A stretch of 64,000 bases of DNA, taken from Octopus sinensis (lineage: Eukaryota). The position numbers and the translations under genes were made by a program. The stretch is taken from contig NC_042998.1 of the NCBI RefSeq assembly GCF_006345805.1, positions 53,072,001 to 53,136,000 on the forward strand, given 5' to 3'. A model generated the notes under the pieces. That model made no database searches. It was given only the letters and a program-made list of their open reading frames with translations, and had not been told where the DNA came from. This document shows, in pieces, positions 1 to 12,470 of this stretch (position 1 is its first letter; the number at the start of each line of letters is the position of its first letter).

Positions 1-302
1 CAATTAGAGTGTCGGACTCACAATCATGAAGTACTGAGTTCAATTCCTGGACTGGGCTGTGTGTTGTGTTCTTGAGCAAGACACTTTATTTCATGTTGCT
101 CCAGTTGACTCAGCTGTAGAAACGAGTACCAAGCTGTATCAGCCTTTGCCTTTCCCTTGGATAACATCAATGGTGTAGAGAGGGGAGGCTGGTATGCATG
201 GGCGACTGCTGGTCTTCCATAAACAACTTTGCCCAGACTTGTGCTTTGGCGGGGAACTTTTCAGGTGCAATCCCATCGTCATTCATGACCGAAGGGTGTT
301 TT
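1..302 (+). mobile_element. tRNA-derived SINE, family B (5' end cut by window)
   Basis: B-box-like GAGTTCAATTCC, then GTGTTCTTGAGCAAGACACTTTATTTCA and tail ...CATTCATGACCGAAGGG; aligns with copies at 9941, 17560 and 22597. Confidence 0.85.
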
Positions 303-1000
303 TATATTTGACAGAGTAATCTGAAAGCTAAAGGGTTGAACCGAGGGGGACTCATAAACTAGTGTCGTCTTTGACACCCCTAAAAAGACAGGATGGGATG
401 ATCATGACAGAAAACCTTTGGTCGTAAGTTTGCTTGATCAGAATTGATTTAGGGAGCAACAACAACAACAGTGACAGCAACAACATCGCAACAGCAGCAA
501 CAGTAGTAGCTGCATTATCATTGACTTCCTCTATCATTGATGCATGAATATAAATTAAATACCTTGTTTATTGAATCTATCTCCATTGTGTCACTGAGAA
601 GCCTTTTAGACATATAAGAGCAGAATGAGATTTAATTATCAATTATCTCTACATATCTCACATAATTAAATAATGGATACCAGACAATATGGTTGGATCA
701 AAACTAGATGAGATCATGGCATCATGAGATTGGCAGTTATGGTTTGACATGCAACTTTTCTGTAGAATTCAGTTAACTGGTTCCATGTTATTGTTCCTGA
801 ATAGTTATTATAACTTAACAATAGTACTATCTTCATACATAGAATGACAGTACCAGTATTTTAAGCATATCTCAAAGCTGCATGACAAAAGAAAAGGAAA
901 GGCCTTTACATGGTCACTTGACCTGTTAGAAATAGCTACCAAAAGTACCTCAAACTATAAACAATTATCTTAAGGCAATAAATAAAATAAAAAAAACATT

Positions 1001-1386
1001 GGCAGAGGCATGGCTGTGTGGTAAGAAGTCCACTTCCCAGCCACCTGCTTCCAGGTTCAATCCTACAGCATGGCCTTTGGACAAGTGTCTTCTACTATAG
1101 CCCCAGGGGCTGACTAAAGCCTTGTGAGCGGAACTAGTAGACAGAAACTGAAAAAAGCTTGTCGTGTGTGTGTGTGTGATTATATTTGTATATGTCTTCT
1201 ATCCCCACTTGATAACTGGTGTTGGCTTGTTTACCTTCCTGTAACTTAGTAGTTCAGCAAAATGACACCAACAGAATAAGTTCCTGGTTTATAAAAATAG
1301 GGATTAAGTCATTCAACTAAACCCTTCAAGGCAATGCCCCAGCATGGCCACGGTCTAATGACTGAAACAAGTAAAAGATGAAAAGA
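1001..1386 (+). mobile_element. tRNA-derived SINE, family A
   Basis: Head GGCATGGCTGTGTGGTAAGAAG...GGTTCAATCC, internal (TG)n, tail CCAGCATGGCC...GACTGAAACAAGTAAAAGA. Confidence 0.85.
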
Positions 1387-1715
1387 TGTCTCAAAATTGG
1401 ATGATAAATGAAAGGGGTCTCTATATAACTCTTAGAAATATCAGCTAAATGTACCTCAAGCTATAATCTAGTATTTTAGAACCAACCAAAAAGACATGTT
1501 AAGTACTTTAGTCTGGGGTACAATATTTCTGTGATCACAATTTAAATGGCTTTGATTTAAGATCTTTTCAGTTAGGGCTAGGGCTGAATTAGGCTAAACA
1601 ACAACTGCACAACATCAATATAGTACAGTTTTTGTAAAACTGCTGTCTTCATTCCTTCCTCAGTCCCTGCTATAAGTTGCCTGCACTGCTCATATGGCAA
1701 GCAGCTAAGTTTTCT

Positions 1716-1942
1716 TATTTCTTTATTGCCCACAAGAGGCTAAACATAGAGGGGACAAACAAGGACAGACAAAGGGATTAAGTCGATTACATCAACCTCA
1801 GTGCATAACTGGTACTTATTTAATCGACCCCAAAAGGATGAAAGGCTAAATAGACCTCAGCAGAATTTGAACTCAGAACGTAGTGGCAGACGAAATACAG
1901 CTAAGAATTTCGCCCGGCATGCTAGCGATTCTGCCAGCTCGC
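1716..1942 (-). mobile_element. SINE family C with imperfect TSD
   Basis: Minus-strand head GCGAGCTGGCAGAATCGCTAGC and core GCCTTTCATCCTTTTGGGGTCGATTAAATAAGTACC; flanks GCAAGCAGCTAAGTTTTCT (1697-1715) and GCAAGCAGTTTAGTTTTCT (1941-1959). Confidence 0.85.
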
Positions 1943-2155
1943 AAGCAGTTTAGTTTTCTATCACCATCTTAAGTTTTGAATTATACATATATTCAAAGTA
2001 TTGATTCTGAAGATAAATAATTCAATATAAATATGGTGATCAATGTTAAAATGATAATTATAAAGGATGAGCAAATATAAATACAATAGGAAAGTCATTT
2101 GAAAAGTGTTAATGTTGCAGTTGTGATTCTTTAACTGCAGGTCAGCCATGATTAA

Positions 2156-2376
2156 CCCTTTCGTTACCAACCCAGCCAAAACCAGCTCTAGTTCTAAGTA
2201 CAGATATCTTGTTTTCATAAGTTTTGAATTTAAAATCTTCCACCAAACCTTAGTCACAATTTATGTTCCTAACACTAGCTAAATGATAACCAAGTTATTT
2301 TATTAAATTCTTTGTTATATTTAAAGTAATTGAAAGAAACACAGAACATCTCAAAATAAATACAGTAACAAAAGGG
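2156..2376. mobile_element. piggyBac-type MITE (family E), TTAA TSD
   Basis: TTAA-CCCTTTCGTTAC ... GTAACAAAAGGG-TTAA; same element in opposite orientation at 56226-56445; diverged relative at 2400-2594. Confidence 0.8.
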
Positions 2377-2688
2377 TTAAACAGACAACCTATGATTAAC
2401 CCTTTTGATACCAACTATCCTGAGACTGTCCCTGCTTCTATGGCACAAACTTCCCGTTTTAAAGTGATCCAAATTAAAACTTTCCATCAAGATTTCATAT
2501 CGATTTATGTTCCAAACACTAGTTTATACATTATTTTGAGCAGTAATTGAAACATAGCCGGTGTATTTCAAAAGAAATATGGTAACAAATGGGGCCTTCC
2601 AGCTGCAACCATCTTATTTTTAAATGTAGAATCAGTCATTTTGTAAGACAATGAGGTGAGATTTAAGGGAGATTTGGTTGACATTTCT

Positions 2689-2919
2689 TATTTCTTTATT
2701 GCCCACAAGGGGCTAAACATAGAGGGGACAAACAAGGACAGACAAAGAGATTAAGTTGATTATATTGACCCCAGTGTGAAACTGGTACTTAATTTATCGA
2801 CCCCGAAAGGATGAAAGACAAAGTCAACCTCGGTGGAATTTGAACTCAGAATGTAACAGCAGACGAAATACTGCTATGCATTTCGCCCGGCCTGCTAATG
2901 CTTCTGCCAGCTTGCCACC
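2689..2919 (-). mobile_element. SINE family C with perfect 15-bp TSD
   Basis: TTGGTTGACATTTCT at 2674-2688 and 2920-2934; body matches 1716-1942. Confidence 0.9.
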
Positions 2920-3240
2920 TTGGTTGACATTTCTAGTAGATTAAACTGCTCTATAAAGGATCCCTCATAAATTTTGATGTTTTTGTTGTTGTTTTACATA
3001 GGTCAGCAATGATCAGGCAAATATTAAAACTAAAAGTATTCCAGTTCTGACTGTCAGCTATTTTTCTTTTTAGGTGTAATGTATATAGGACCACAATGTT
3101 CAGTGTATCCTTGTTTAGTTCAGATTGTAGGACATGATGTGAGGGAGACTAAGTTGCTTTTTCTAACAAATTGGGTGATTATTTTTCTTGATTTAAATGA
3201 TAATGCAGTTAATTACCAGTGAGAAATTATCTTTTATTGT

Positions 3241-3607
3241 TTATCCTTTACTTGCTTCAGTCATTTCACAGTGGTCATGCTGGAGCACCACCTTGATGGG
3301 TTGTAGTCAAACAAATTATTTTTTTGAAGCCTAGTACTTATTCTATCAGGCTCTCTTGCCGAACTGTTAAGTTGGTGGGGTGTAAATACAACAATACTAG
3401 TTGTCAAGCAGTGTTAAGGGGACACACACACACACACACATATATGATGGGCTTCTTTCAGTTCCTGTCTACCAAATCCACTCACAAGGCTTTGGTCAGC
3501 CTGAGGCTATAGTAGAAGACTCCTGCCCAAGGTGCCACACTGTGAAACTGAACCTGGAACCATGTGGTTGGGAAGCAAGCTTCTTACCACACAGCCATAC
3601 CTGTATC
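3241..3607 (-). mobile_element. SINE family A
   Basis: Reverse complement of family A head and tail with (CA)n centre. Confidence 0.85.
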
Positions 3608-3779
3608 CTAAAAACATTTCACTATAAATGCTAATTAAATGTATTCAGCATTATTTTACTTTTGAGGCAGTGGAAGTAGTCAGTGTGATCTGAGTTCTAT
3701 GAACTACAGCATTATCAGGTTTTCATTATTCGTAAAAGACAAATAGTTGAGTAATTATTCTCTTATCAGTTATCAGGAA

Positions 3780-4474
3780 ATGAAATCAGTGTCACCCAAC
3801 CCATCCAGTGAAGTCAGCTTAGCTTGTCAGCTTAAAATCATTCCTCGTTAACAGACAGAAAAATATGTCTCAAGGACTCTTCACCTATCCGGGAATATCA
3901 TTAGAAATCTATTCAAGATTTCATTTAAATATTCTGCTTTATTTTATCAACTTATCTTCTCAACCTGACAGAAGTGTGCTATTCTTTGCACTAATTGACC
4001 CAAATCCTGTCCAAGAACAGTCTGGGATTTATTAAAAATTTTTTTTTTATCCATTTTTATGATCTGCTACATCTTGTCATTATCTGCAGCTGTAATCTTT
4101 ACCATTTCAACCTACTTTTCTATTCAGCAATGTTTGTCATTGTAAGTTTTCAAATTTTTTTTGTCATTATCTATCTTTTACATCTAATATCTAGTAAGAA
4201 CTTGCAAACCGAAGAATAAATTAGTATTTTTAGCCTTATCAGGTCTCATATAAAGTCACTAATATAAAATTGATAATTTCTCTCAACCTTTCTGGGAATC
4301 TCATTACCTCTCTTCTTTCTATCCATATTCATGACCTTTTACCATTTTCACATATATTCTTGATAAGGAGGACAAATTTATTTTGAATTACTGTTTAAAA
4401 TCTGACATGATTGACTACATTTCACAGCCAGCTGGTGTCAAATCAACTTATTATAATCTATTTTCTTATCAGTC
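3780..4474 (-). pseudogene. possible highly decayed Penelope-like RT N-terminal region with upstream hammerhead-like remnant
   Basis: Minus-strand fragments RPDKAKN, KAEYLNEIL and KLTSLD resemble PLE RT motifs (ADKG, LAKYL..IL, LVSxD); GACTGATAAG...GAAATGTAGTC at 4474-4413; many stops and frameshifts. Confidence 0.3.
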
Positions 4475-4600
4475 TTCAGCCACACTGTAGCTACAATCTA
4501 GTTGTCTGAAGAAGCAGATACTAATTAAAATGAATATATATATATATACATAAACGAAAACTACAGAGATGTTTTGTGAATGAAAATGAGTCGATCAAAT

Positions 4601-5025
4601 GGATGCAGGCATGGCTGTGCAGTAAGAAGCTTGCTTCCCATCCATATGATTCCAGGTTCAGTCCCACTGTGTCACACCTTGGGCAAGTGATTTCTACTAA
4701 AGCCTTGTAAAAGGACTTGGCTGACTAAAGCCTTGTAAAAGAACTTGGTAAATGGAAACCAAAAGAGGCTTATCACACACATACACACACACAAATATGT
4801 GTGTGTGTGTGTGTCTTTGCATGTGTCTGTGTCTTCTCCTATCACCGCTTGACAACCAGTGTTAGTTTATTTATATCCATGTATCTTAGCAGTTTGGCAA
4901 AAGTGACTAAGAGAATAAGTACCAGGCTTAGAAACAAAACATGTACTGGTGTTGATTTGTTTGGCTAGAAATCCTTCAAAGCATTGCTCCAGCATGACTG
5001 CAGTATTTAAAAAAAGTAAAAAGGT
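4601..5025 (+). mobile_element. SINE family A (diverged, small internal duplication)
   Basis: Family A head and tail; CTAAAGCCTTGTAAAA.GACTTGG duplicated at ~4697-4749. Confidence 0.8.
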
Positions 5026-5409
5026 AAATGTCACAATAATCACAGCTTATATAGTATAAGTGATGAGCAAAAACAAAATTGAGCTGATGAGAATTGATTA
5101 AAAATCAGTGCTATATCATAGCACATATGCAGAAAAAATTGCAAAAATCTCTTGAACTTTTGTAACAGGAAGGCCATAGAGACCATCTCACCATAAATAA
5201 AAACCTGCCACATGTTTCATCTAACTGATGTAAGCATGAAAAATGGACATAAAAGCCAAATGAGTCAAACAAATGACATTAATATATATATATATAAATA
5301 AGAAATAATTGAGATTCAGTTGAATTACATATTTAAGTTGAAGCACCAAGTCAGTGCGGTATAATCCGTACAACTCAAAGTAATACATATATATATTATT
5401 TACTATTTA

Positions 5410-5713
5410 CTATTTTACTTGTTTCAGTCATTTGACTGCGGCCATGCTGGAGCACCGCCTTTAGTCGAGCAAATCGACCCCGGGACTTATTCTTTGTAAG
5501 CCCAGTACTTATTCAGACACACAAATATACACACACACATATATATATACGACGGGCTTCTTTCAGTTTCTGTCTACCAAAATCCACTCACAAGGCATTG
5601 GTCGGCCCGAGGCTATAGCAGAAGACACTTGCCCAAGATGCCACGCAGTGGGACTGAACCCAGAACCATGTGGTTGGTTGGCAAGCTACTTACCACACAG
5701 CCACTCCTGCGCC
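5410..5713 (-). mobile_element. SINE family A (young, internal deletion)
   Basis: Near-identical to 23614-24013 but lacks ~90 bp between GTACTTATTC and AGACACAC. Confidence 0.9.
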
Positions 5714-5845
5714 TATATATATATATATTTCACTTGCATTGGTTATTAACTGATAGTAGAACTCAGTATACATATGCTTCAGAGCAAAGCATTAGTTGAG
5801 TACAGAGCAGTAAAAAAAATAAGAAAATGACAAAGGAATTAACAA

Positions 5846-7098
5846 TTAACTTATGAATTTCATTGGCTTACAACTGTATCTGCTATAAGATGCTGTGGAT
5901 TTATAGCTGAGTGCTTGATTAACACTTTGTAGCTTCCTTGGAGCCTTGAATATGAAGTGCACTTTGTATTTGAGGATTTTATAAAATTTATGGTTGAAAC
6001 AACTTTGTACATAGATTTCTTGATGAATGATATACAATGAATCATTGCTATGCCTCTGTTTTCTAAATTTAAAGACATTAATTAGCCTTTTAATTAGGAT
6101 AGAAGGCCTATTTTAAACCCAACTATTCCAGGGGCCCCTCTGTTGCTACATTGAAAAGCCTTTCAAGTGAGAGATTCAACATTGTTGTTTCTTTCTCCAC
6201 TGCATCATTAATATTATATCCTGTAACAGTGTCTTTCATTGTCTGAACAGTAATTTTATGATGATATTAATTGATTTATCCTTATCACATATGAAAATGG
6301 CCACTTGGACCAAATCAGATATTTCATATTTTCTGACATACAAGTCAAATTTTTCAAACCAAGATTTATTGTTAAAACAAAAAAAAAAAAGACAACTTTG
6401 GAGAACCAAACATTCCATATAAAATGCAGCAGGATTTGGAAAGCTAGTGATATGTTTCAATGTTAACACAGTAAATGTTTATAATATATGTTATATTGTC
6501 TTGCGTGCTTGAAAATACTGTATCTGTGCTTTCACCAATAGCTAGTAACATGGAATCAAATTCTATAAATTTTTCTGACAGCATAACCTTAATATCTGCT
6601 GCAATTTCTTAAACTCATCTTGTTATTGTCCTGTGAGACAAACTAATCTTGTAAAACATATTTAACTTTTCTGGCTATAAAAGTTCAGCCACTGCCAAAA
6701 GACATTCTTTTACAAATTCACCATAGGCATAACTTTGTGAATGTTTTGCAACTTATTTGCAAATAACACAGCTTGCATGTACAATTTCTTCAAGTTCTAT
6801 CTACTTTTTAGAAAAGAGTGTATTTTAGTATTTTAGGCAACCAATCTGTTTCATGCAGGCATCGTTTTTTTCCTTTTTATTTTATTTTGCTTTCCAATAT
6901 CTCCTTTAAATTTACTGTACTTTTAATGTTTTGAAGCGTAATACCACTTAACATTAAATTCTTTAAAAGCAGAGATATAGATACAGGATATATTAAATAT
7001 ATTGGTCTTTTTTACTTCAACAAAGAAGTAATCATATGTCCTCTTTTACCGGAATTTTCTCATTTGTTCAGAAATTTTCTTCTTTTGGTTGAAACCAT
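5846..7098 (-). pseudogene. hAT (Charlie/SPIN/GTF2IRD2-like) transposase fossil
   Basis: Manual translation with stops and frameshifts: MVSTKR, YDYFFVEVK, AFKEFNV, GEFVKECLLAVAELL*PEK, ISLSHRTITR, LAIGESTD|ISDLVQVAIFI, VATEGAPGIVG, HC-IIHQE, INFIKS. Confidence 0.85.
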
Positions 7099-7334
7099 GA
7101 GTTGCGACATCAAAAATTAAAATTTAAAAAAATTCTCGATTTTGACTTACTATTCTATTTCTATTACTTGTAATGACTTGTTGCAACTGTAACTACATGC
7201 TTCTTCATTTTCTTTCTCTTTCCTTCGCTTTTTTCTTTTTGTTTCTCTTCCTTATCTTTCTTTGCACACTTATACTTTGAAAAGTATAAGTGATTGAATA
7301 TTTGTGGTATGCATAAATGCACTCCCTCCATCAA

Positions 7335-7500
7335 ATTGACATTGTCTGTACAGATGAATGATGTGTCACACGTCAGATGTCAAAGTGATCGCAGAACAAT
7401 ACAAGATGAAGAGTTTTGCTCAAGAACACAATGCACAATGCAGTCTAGCAACTGAACTCATGATTTCATGATTGTGAGAACACCCTAACCACCTGGCCAA
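7335..7500 (-). mobile_element. SINE fragment with family-B-type head and a different body
   Basis: Minus strand TGGCCAGGTGGTTAGGGTGTTCTCACAATCATG...TGTGTTCTTGAGCAAAAC. Confidence 0.6.
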
Positions 7501-7513
7501 ACATACTCTCTCT

Positions 7514-7545
<32 letters not shown>

Positions 7546-8334
7546 AATATATAGAGGGAGAGACATGTGCATATGTATATGTGTATTTGCATTCCTACAT
7601 ATTCCTAGCTTCTATGAATTTGTATACATCTTCATGTGCATGCGCGCGCGTGCGTGTGTGTGTGTGTGTGTGTGTATGTGTGTGTGTGTATGTGTGTGCG
7701 TGTGTGAGTGCACGCATGTGAATATATGTGATGGTGCTTATCTACAAATCTGAAGTTGTCAAAGTCTCTTTTCTAATCTATGGTAAACATCATTTAATCA
7801 TATTTAATATATTGCAACATGTTACTCTATATAAAAGAATTCCATTGAAATCATCAGAAAATGGTCCACATATTTCATGTTACTTGTATCTCATGAAAAA
7901 GTCTTTGATTTTATGACTATAATTGATTGATGCAAAACATTTCTTTTATTCTATTATGTTTTCATCTCTTGAACTTCTCTTTCATCTTCAAGTCATAATT
8001 CTTTACCAGCTCCTTAACTTTACTACAATGAGTCATAACCAAAAGATACGAGAAATCAAAAAAATATGAATATATACAATTATACATACATACACATATA
8101 TGTGCATGTTTGTATATGTGTGTGCATTAATATATACATGCATGCATAAATACATATACACATGTGTGCATCAATATGTATATACATACGTATGTGTGAG
8201 AATATATATATTTTCTGCACTGTTTTTAGGGGAGTAGCATTTAATTAAATTGCATGAAAATATATGCCCAGGTATATATTAAAATGTTTACCTCTATTTC
8301 TTTCAGTTTACCTCTCTTCCACCGACCCTCTCTC

Positions 8335-8373
<39 letters not shown>

Positions 8374-8664
8374 GTGTGTGTTATTCTAAAGACATGACAG
8401 CGCTTCTATTTAATCTTTATAATTAAAGATTTTTCATATTTCCTTCCTTCTTAATCCTTTAATGTTTAGCTTTAAACAATAGTGTTCTTAAGTATATTAA
8501 TGTTTCAAGATCTTCTTGGTATCATCATGTGAATGAATTGATAGCAAGGGCATACTGCTTGTGCATTTTGCAGTCTGCAGCAATGGATAATGGGAATACA
8601 GTTATGATCATTGTCATCATATTTTTTAATGGAAACTTTTACAGTTTACTTCACATTTTGTATC

Positions 8665-8803
8665 TATGCCTTGATTTTTCATTTCTATCTTAGAATTAAG
8701 CTTCCCCCATCAATTTTCTTGTCTTTTTCTTGTCTATGCCTTCATTTTTCATTTCTATTTTAGAATTAATTAAGCTTCCTTCATCAATTTTCTTGTCTTT
8801 TTC
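8665..8803. repeat. ~70-bp tandem duplication
   Basis: CTATGCCTT(G/C)ATTTTTCATTTCTAT...CATCAATTTTCTTGTCTTTTTCT occurs twice back to back. Confidence 0.85.
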
Positions 8804-8829
8804 TAGGAAGAAAGGAGGGTTATGGATTT

Positions 8830-9700
8830 CTATCTAGAATGCTAGTACTATACACTCATTATTTTCTTCTCCTTTGTTTGTTTCAAGTGCAGCTATAAAT
8901 CCTTGCTGTAAATGCATGGTCAGCTAGTGAGAAAGTATCATACTTGTGTGCCTGATATTATAATACTTAGTGTTTACAACTTTCAATGTTTACTCTGAAA
9001 TTCATATATTACATCAGTTGTCTAATTTAGGACATGCTATTGGCAAGTTTGTGTATTCATCTTGATAAGATGTATTTTACAGTCTAATTGACTTGGTGGT
9101 GGTGGTAGTGGGTAATATATTCTATTAGTTTGTTTTTAGGTGTGATACATGTTCTGTTTTATGAGTTTTTAATGACATATTCAGCCAATTGAACATTTAG
9201 TGCACATTTTTTATTTAATGTAGGAGATAAATGAATGTTTTTATAGGGTGTTGTACTTGTGTCACAATAGATAAATTCGTATTTCAATTTATCTTTAGCC
9301 TGTTAGGTGTACCAACCTATTCAAGTCTCTTGATATTAATTGATGCTCGTTTCACTCTTAAGATTTCATTATCTAAAGCTTCATCTCAGAATAGTTCTGA
9401 CTACAAATATTTTATATCTATGGGGACAATTCCTATCTCTGCACATGTATAGGCAAGCATTTGTCAGAGTGAGTTTATTATGAAGACTTGCTACATGAGT
9501 TGTTCTTTATTCCTACATTTATATCTAAGAAAGTGGAAATAGTAATGTTTATATGGTAATAGATTGTGGCATTCTGTTACCAATGTTACCGCTGTTTTAG
9601 CTCCAAGACTTTACAGGACTGCCACATTCTGTTGGCAGATAAACATTACTATCCAGTACTGTTAATGTATATCTCTCACTAAGAGATTTAAAACAAAAAG
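8830..9700 (-). pseudogene. possible decayed Ty3/Gypsy pol (RNaseH-integrase linker) fossil
   Basis: Minus-strand IYCDTSTTPY (~9272-9243) preceded by PIDIKYL*SE..DE; very degenerate. Confidence 0.3.
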
Positions 9701-9940
9701 GGGAAATAGTGTGATCCGAATTCATGTAAGAACTATTATGAATAGAAAATTTAAGAATGAAATTATTTTCAAAATCTTCAAGTCAATTTAAATGTTCTTT
9801 CATATTTATTATAACATGTCAACAGCATACATAGTTTATGTAAGACTAGGTCATTATCCATCGCTACACAGTAGGTAAAAATATTTGTTAATCATAAATT
9901 GTTGAAAGTGAAAGTCTTTTTTTAAAGTCAGTATTGTGTT

Positions 9941-10279
9941 GAAGCGCATGGCTCAATGGTTAGAGCATCGAGCTTACGATCGTGAGGTTGTGAGCTCGAA
10001 TCCCGGACCGGGCTGCGTGTTGTGTTCTTGAGCAAGGCACTTTATTTCACGTTGCTCCAGTTCACTCAGCTGTAGAAATGAGTTGCGACGTCACTGGTGC
10101 CAAGCTGTATCGACCTTTGTCTTTCCCTTGGATAACACTGGTGGCGTGGAGAGGGGAGGCTGGTATGCATGGGCGACTGCTGGTCTTCCATAAACAACCT
10201 TGCCCGGACTTGTGTCTCGGAGGGTAACTTTCTAGGTGCAATCCCATGGACATTCATGACCGAAGGGGGTCTTTACTTT
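9941..10279 (+). mobile_element. SINE family B, full length, CpG-rich (young)
   Basis: A-box-like TGGCTCAATGGTTAGAGC, B-box-like GAGCTCGAATCCC, full tail to GGGGGTCTTTACTTT. Confidence 0.9.
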
Positions 10280-10339
10280 ATACTGTTGTAAGACAGAAAT
10301 ACACACACACACACAAACACGCAAAAAGACTATAAGTAT

Positions 10340-11092
10340 TATATATATATATATATCTTTTAAATTTGTTTACAGAAAACGTTCTGAATTTGCAAATAAA
10401 GCTCCTGTTCCATAATGCCGGCCATAGTCCAATGATGTTAGAGATCAAACAAAGGAATGTACTACCAATCCTAGATATCTGCAGACTAAATAGCAAAATA
10501 AGTCCAGCATCACCACACACGTACCTCCCTCCCCATAACAACTATTCCTTCCTCTCTTTCTATCACCTTCCCCTCCTCCCCATCAAATATACATGGAAAT
10601 GCCTACATAACTCAATCAACCTTCTCACTGGTCAAAAGGGATGAACAACCCTCTATGTTATATCACCTGAGGAAATGAATCCTTGAATATGATCTGCCTG
10701 CAACACCCACACTATCATACACACATCACAGATGCACACGCACATGTACACATCCACCCGTCAAAGTCACCAGCCCCTATCCACATGCACACACTTACAC
10801 ACTCTCAGATACACACATGCACATCACCAATACTTTACTATCTCCCTTTCTTCCTAGCTCTCCTGTCTAACTACCTATGTCCAGCCAGTCTTCATGATTG
10901 ACTGCTATCTCTGCAAGTTTTTTGTTCTCTCTCTGTTTATTTCATCGTGGTCCTTTCTGTTGCAGAGCGTAGGCTCAAAATGTAAAAGACTTTCTCACCT
11001 TCCAGGGCATCAAACTTGTTGTTTATACACCTGTCTTTGTCTTTTGTTTTTCTGTAAATTTCAACTAAAATACTGTAATCATCCCAGGAATA
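10340..11092 (+). mobile_element. Penelope-like element 3' remnant (ORF end plus pLTR)
   Basis: Degenerate FLSFYHLPL and ISPEEMN peptides, CA/CT-rich UTR, decayed hammerhead-like GTTGCAGAGCGTAGGCTCAAAATGTAAAAGAC (~10959-10990), pyrimidine-rich tail also seen at 53265-53347. Confidence 0.45.
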
Positions 11093-11418
11093 TGGACTGT
11101 GATCTTAAGAGACATGTGATTTGTGGAAATGCACATAGCGATGCATTAAATGTTTATAAATTCCATCCAAGGATTATTGTATTATTGTTATTATTACTAT
11201 ATATACAGAGAGAGAGAGAGAGAGTCTTTTTTTGAAGTCTGTGTCACATTGGGTTGACAGACTTGGACTTAAAATTGCCACATTTTTAATCATACCTTGT
11301 TAGTTACTAGGATGACAACACTACCTATTTATTTATCTTTCACACATACATAAACGCACTCTCTCTCACAGTATTTCTCTCTCAGCAACAACTGTTTTCC
11401 CCTCCTTCTTCCTTCTCT

Positions 11419-11690
11419 CTATACAGATATTGTTAGAGACAGATGGAGATCAGGTTCACTTTTATAATATATGATGTGGTTATCACTCGGAATAACTTTG
11501 TTTTCAATGTTAGCTATTTCAAATGCTGTGAATATGGTATCAAATGGAAAACTCATAGTCACTCCATCCTTCTGAGTATATGAACTGCATTGTGGACAAG
11601 GGAAGTAAACATCAATTGTATCAACTATCAGCACGTACAGAAGATTAGCTCCCTTTAAAATAAGACCAATTTCTTGATCTCTCACAGTAC
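11419..11690 (-). pseudogene. Penelope RT fragment, motif B region (inverted half)
   Basis: ORF 11419-11685 contains YFPCPQCSSYTQKDGVTMSFPFDTIFTAFEIANIENKVI, matching the PLE consensus F..PxG.LYxQxDGVAMGSPLGxxFANFYMxxIExxV. Confidence 0.75.
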
Positions 11691-11699
11691 ATGCTCATA

Positions 11700-12470
11700 T
11701 TGAAGGCCTCAATTTCAGCCCTAGCTTTTAGCTTAAAGGAAAAAAATGACTAAAACAGAAAGGAAATTTAACTTGCATTATTAGTCAGTATTTCAAGATT
11801 CCTAGAGATGAAAGTATTATGAGAATTAATCTAAAACTTTAAGACTTATGAAAGTGTGACAGTAATAAACAGAGAAGTGAGCAAAGCAAAAACACACTTA
11901 ACAAGAACATTAGATTAGCTCTATGGGATCTAAAAAAAATAACGAGCTAATTCTAATATGTAAAAGTGAGAAAAGCAATCAGTTTATTTTTATAAACAAA
12001 AGAAGAATACATTGGAAAAATTAATAATATACTATATGAATATAGCATACTTGTCAAAATTAGGAAGACAACCATGCAGTTAAGATTTTTAACTCAATAA
12101 ATTAATTACCACTGCAGACAATCAAATAAAATCTATTCCTTTCCATAAATAAGAGAGATTGATGCTGGATATATTTATGGCACCATAAAGACTCACAAAT
12201 CCCCCCTTCCCTTATCATATAATCTCCCAAATCAACAACCCATTCATAGAAATGCTAATCAACTAGATCATATCATGAAGAAACATATATCACAGATATA
12301 TAGTATTCAGTCACCAGGAATTCTTAGAAATTGTTCAGGAAACCAAAAAGGTTGGCAACATTCCAACAATGGATGTAGAAAGATTTTTTTTAACCAATGC
12401 GAATACAATAGGCACAAATCTTTTATAGGTGTTATACATTGATATTTTCACAAGGTTTATTAATATTGCA
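11700..12470 (+). pseudogene. Penelope RT fragment, N-terminal region to motif A
   Basis: GLNF, LILICKSEKSNQFIFINK-EEYIGKINNIL, AGYIYGTIKTHK (~12164-12199), IISQINNP, EFLEIV, TMDVERFFLTN (12366-12398); stops and frameshifts. Confidence 0.8.

Noticed and set aside
3324-3634. Recurrent ORFs such as GFFQFLSTKSTHKALV and IVEDTCPRCH
   Set aside because: Translations of family A SINE copies
9941-10015. tRNA gene candidates at SINE heads
   Set aside because: A and B boxes are present but there is no proper cloverleaf, and they continue into SINE bodies
11471-11575. Signal-peptide-like short ORF MMWLSLGITLFSMLAISNA on the plus strand behind a good acceptor
   Set aside because: It is the antisense of the Penelope RT motif B fossil
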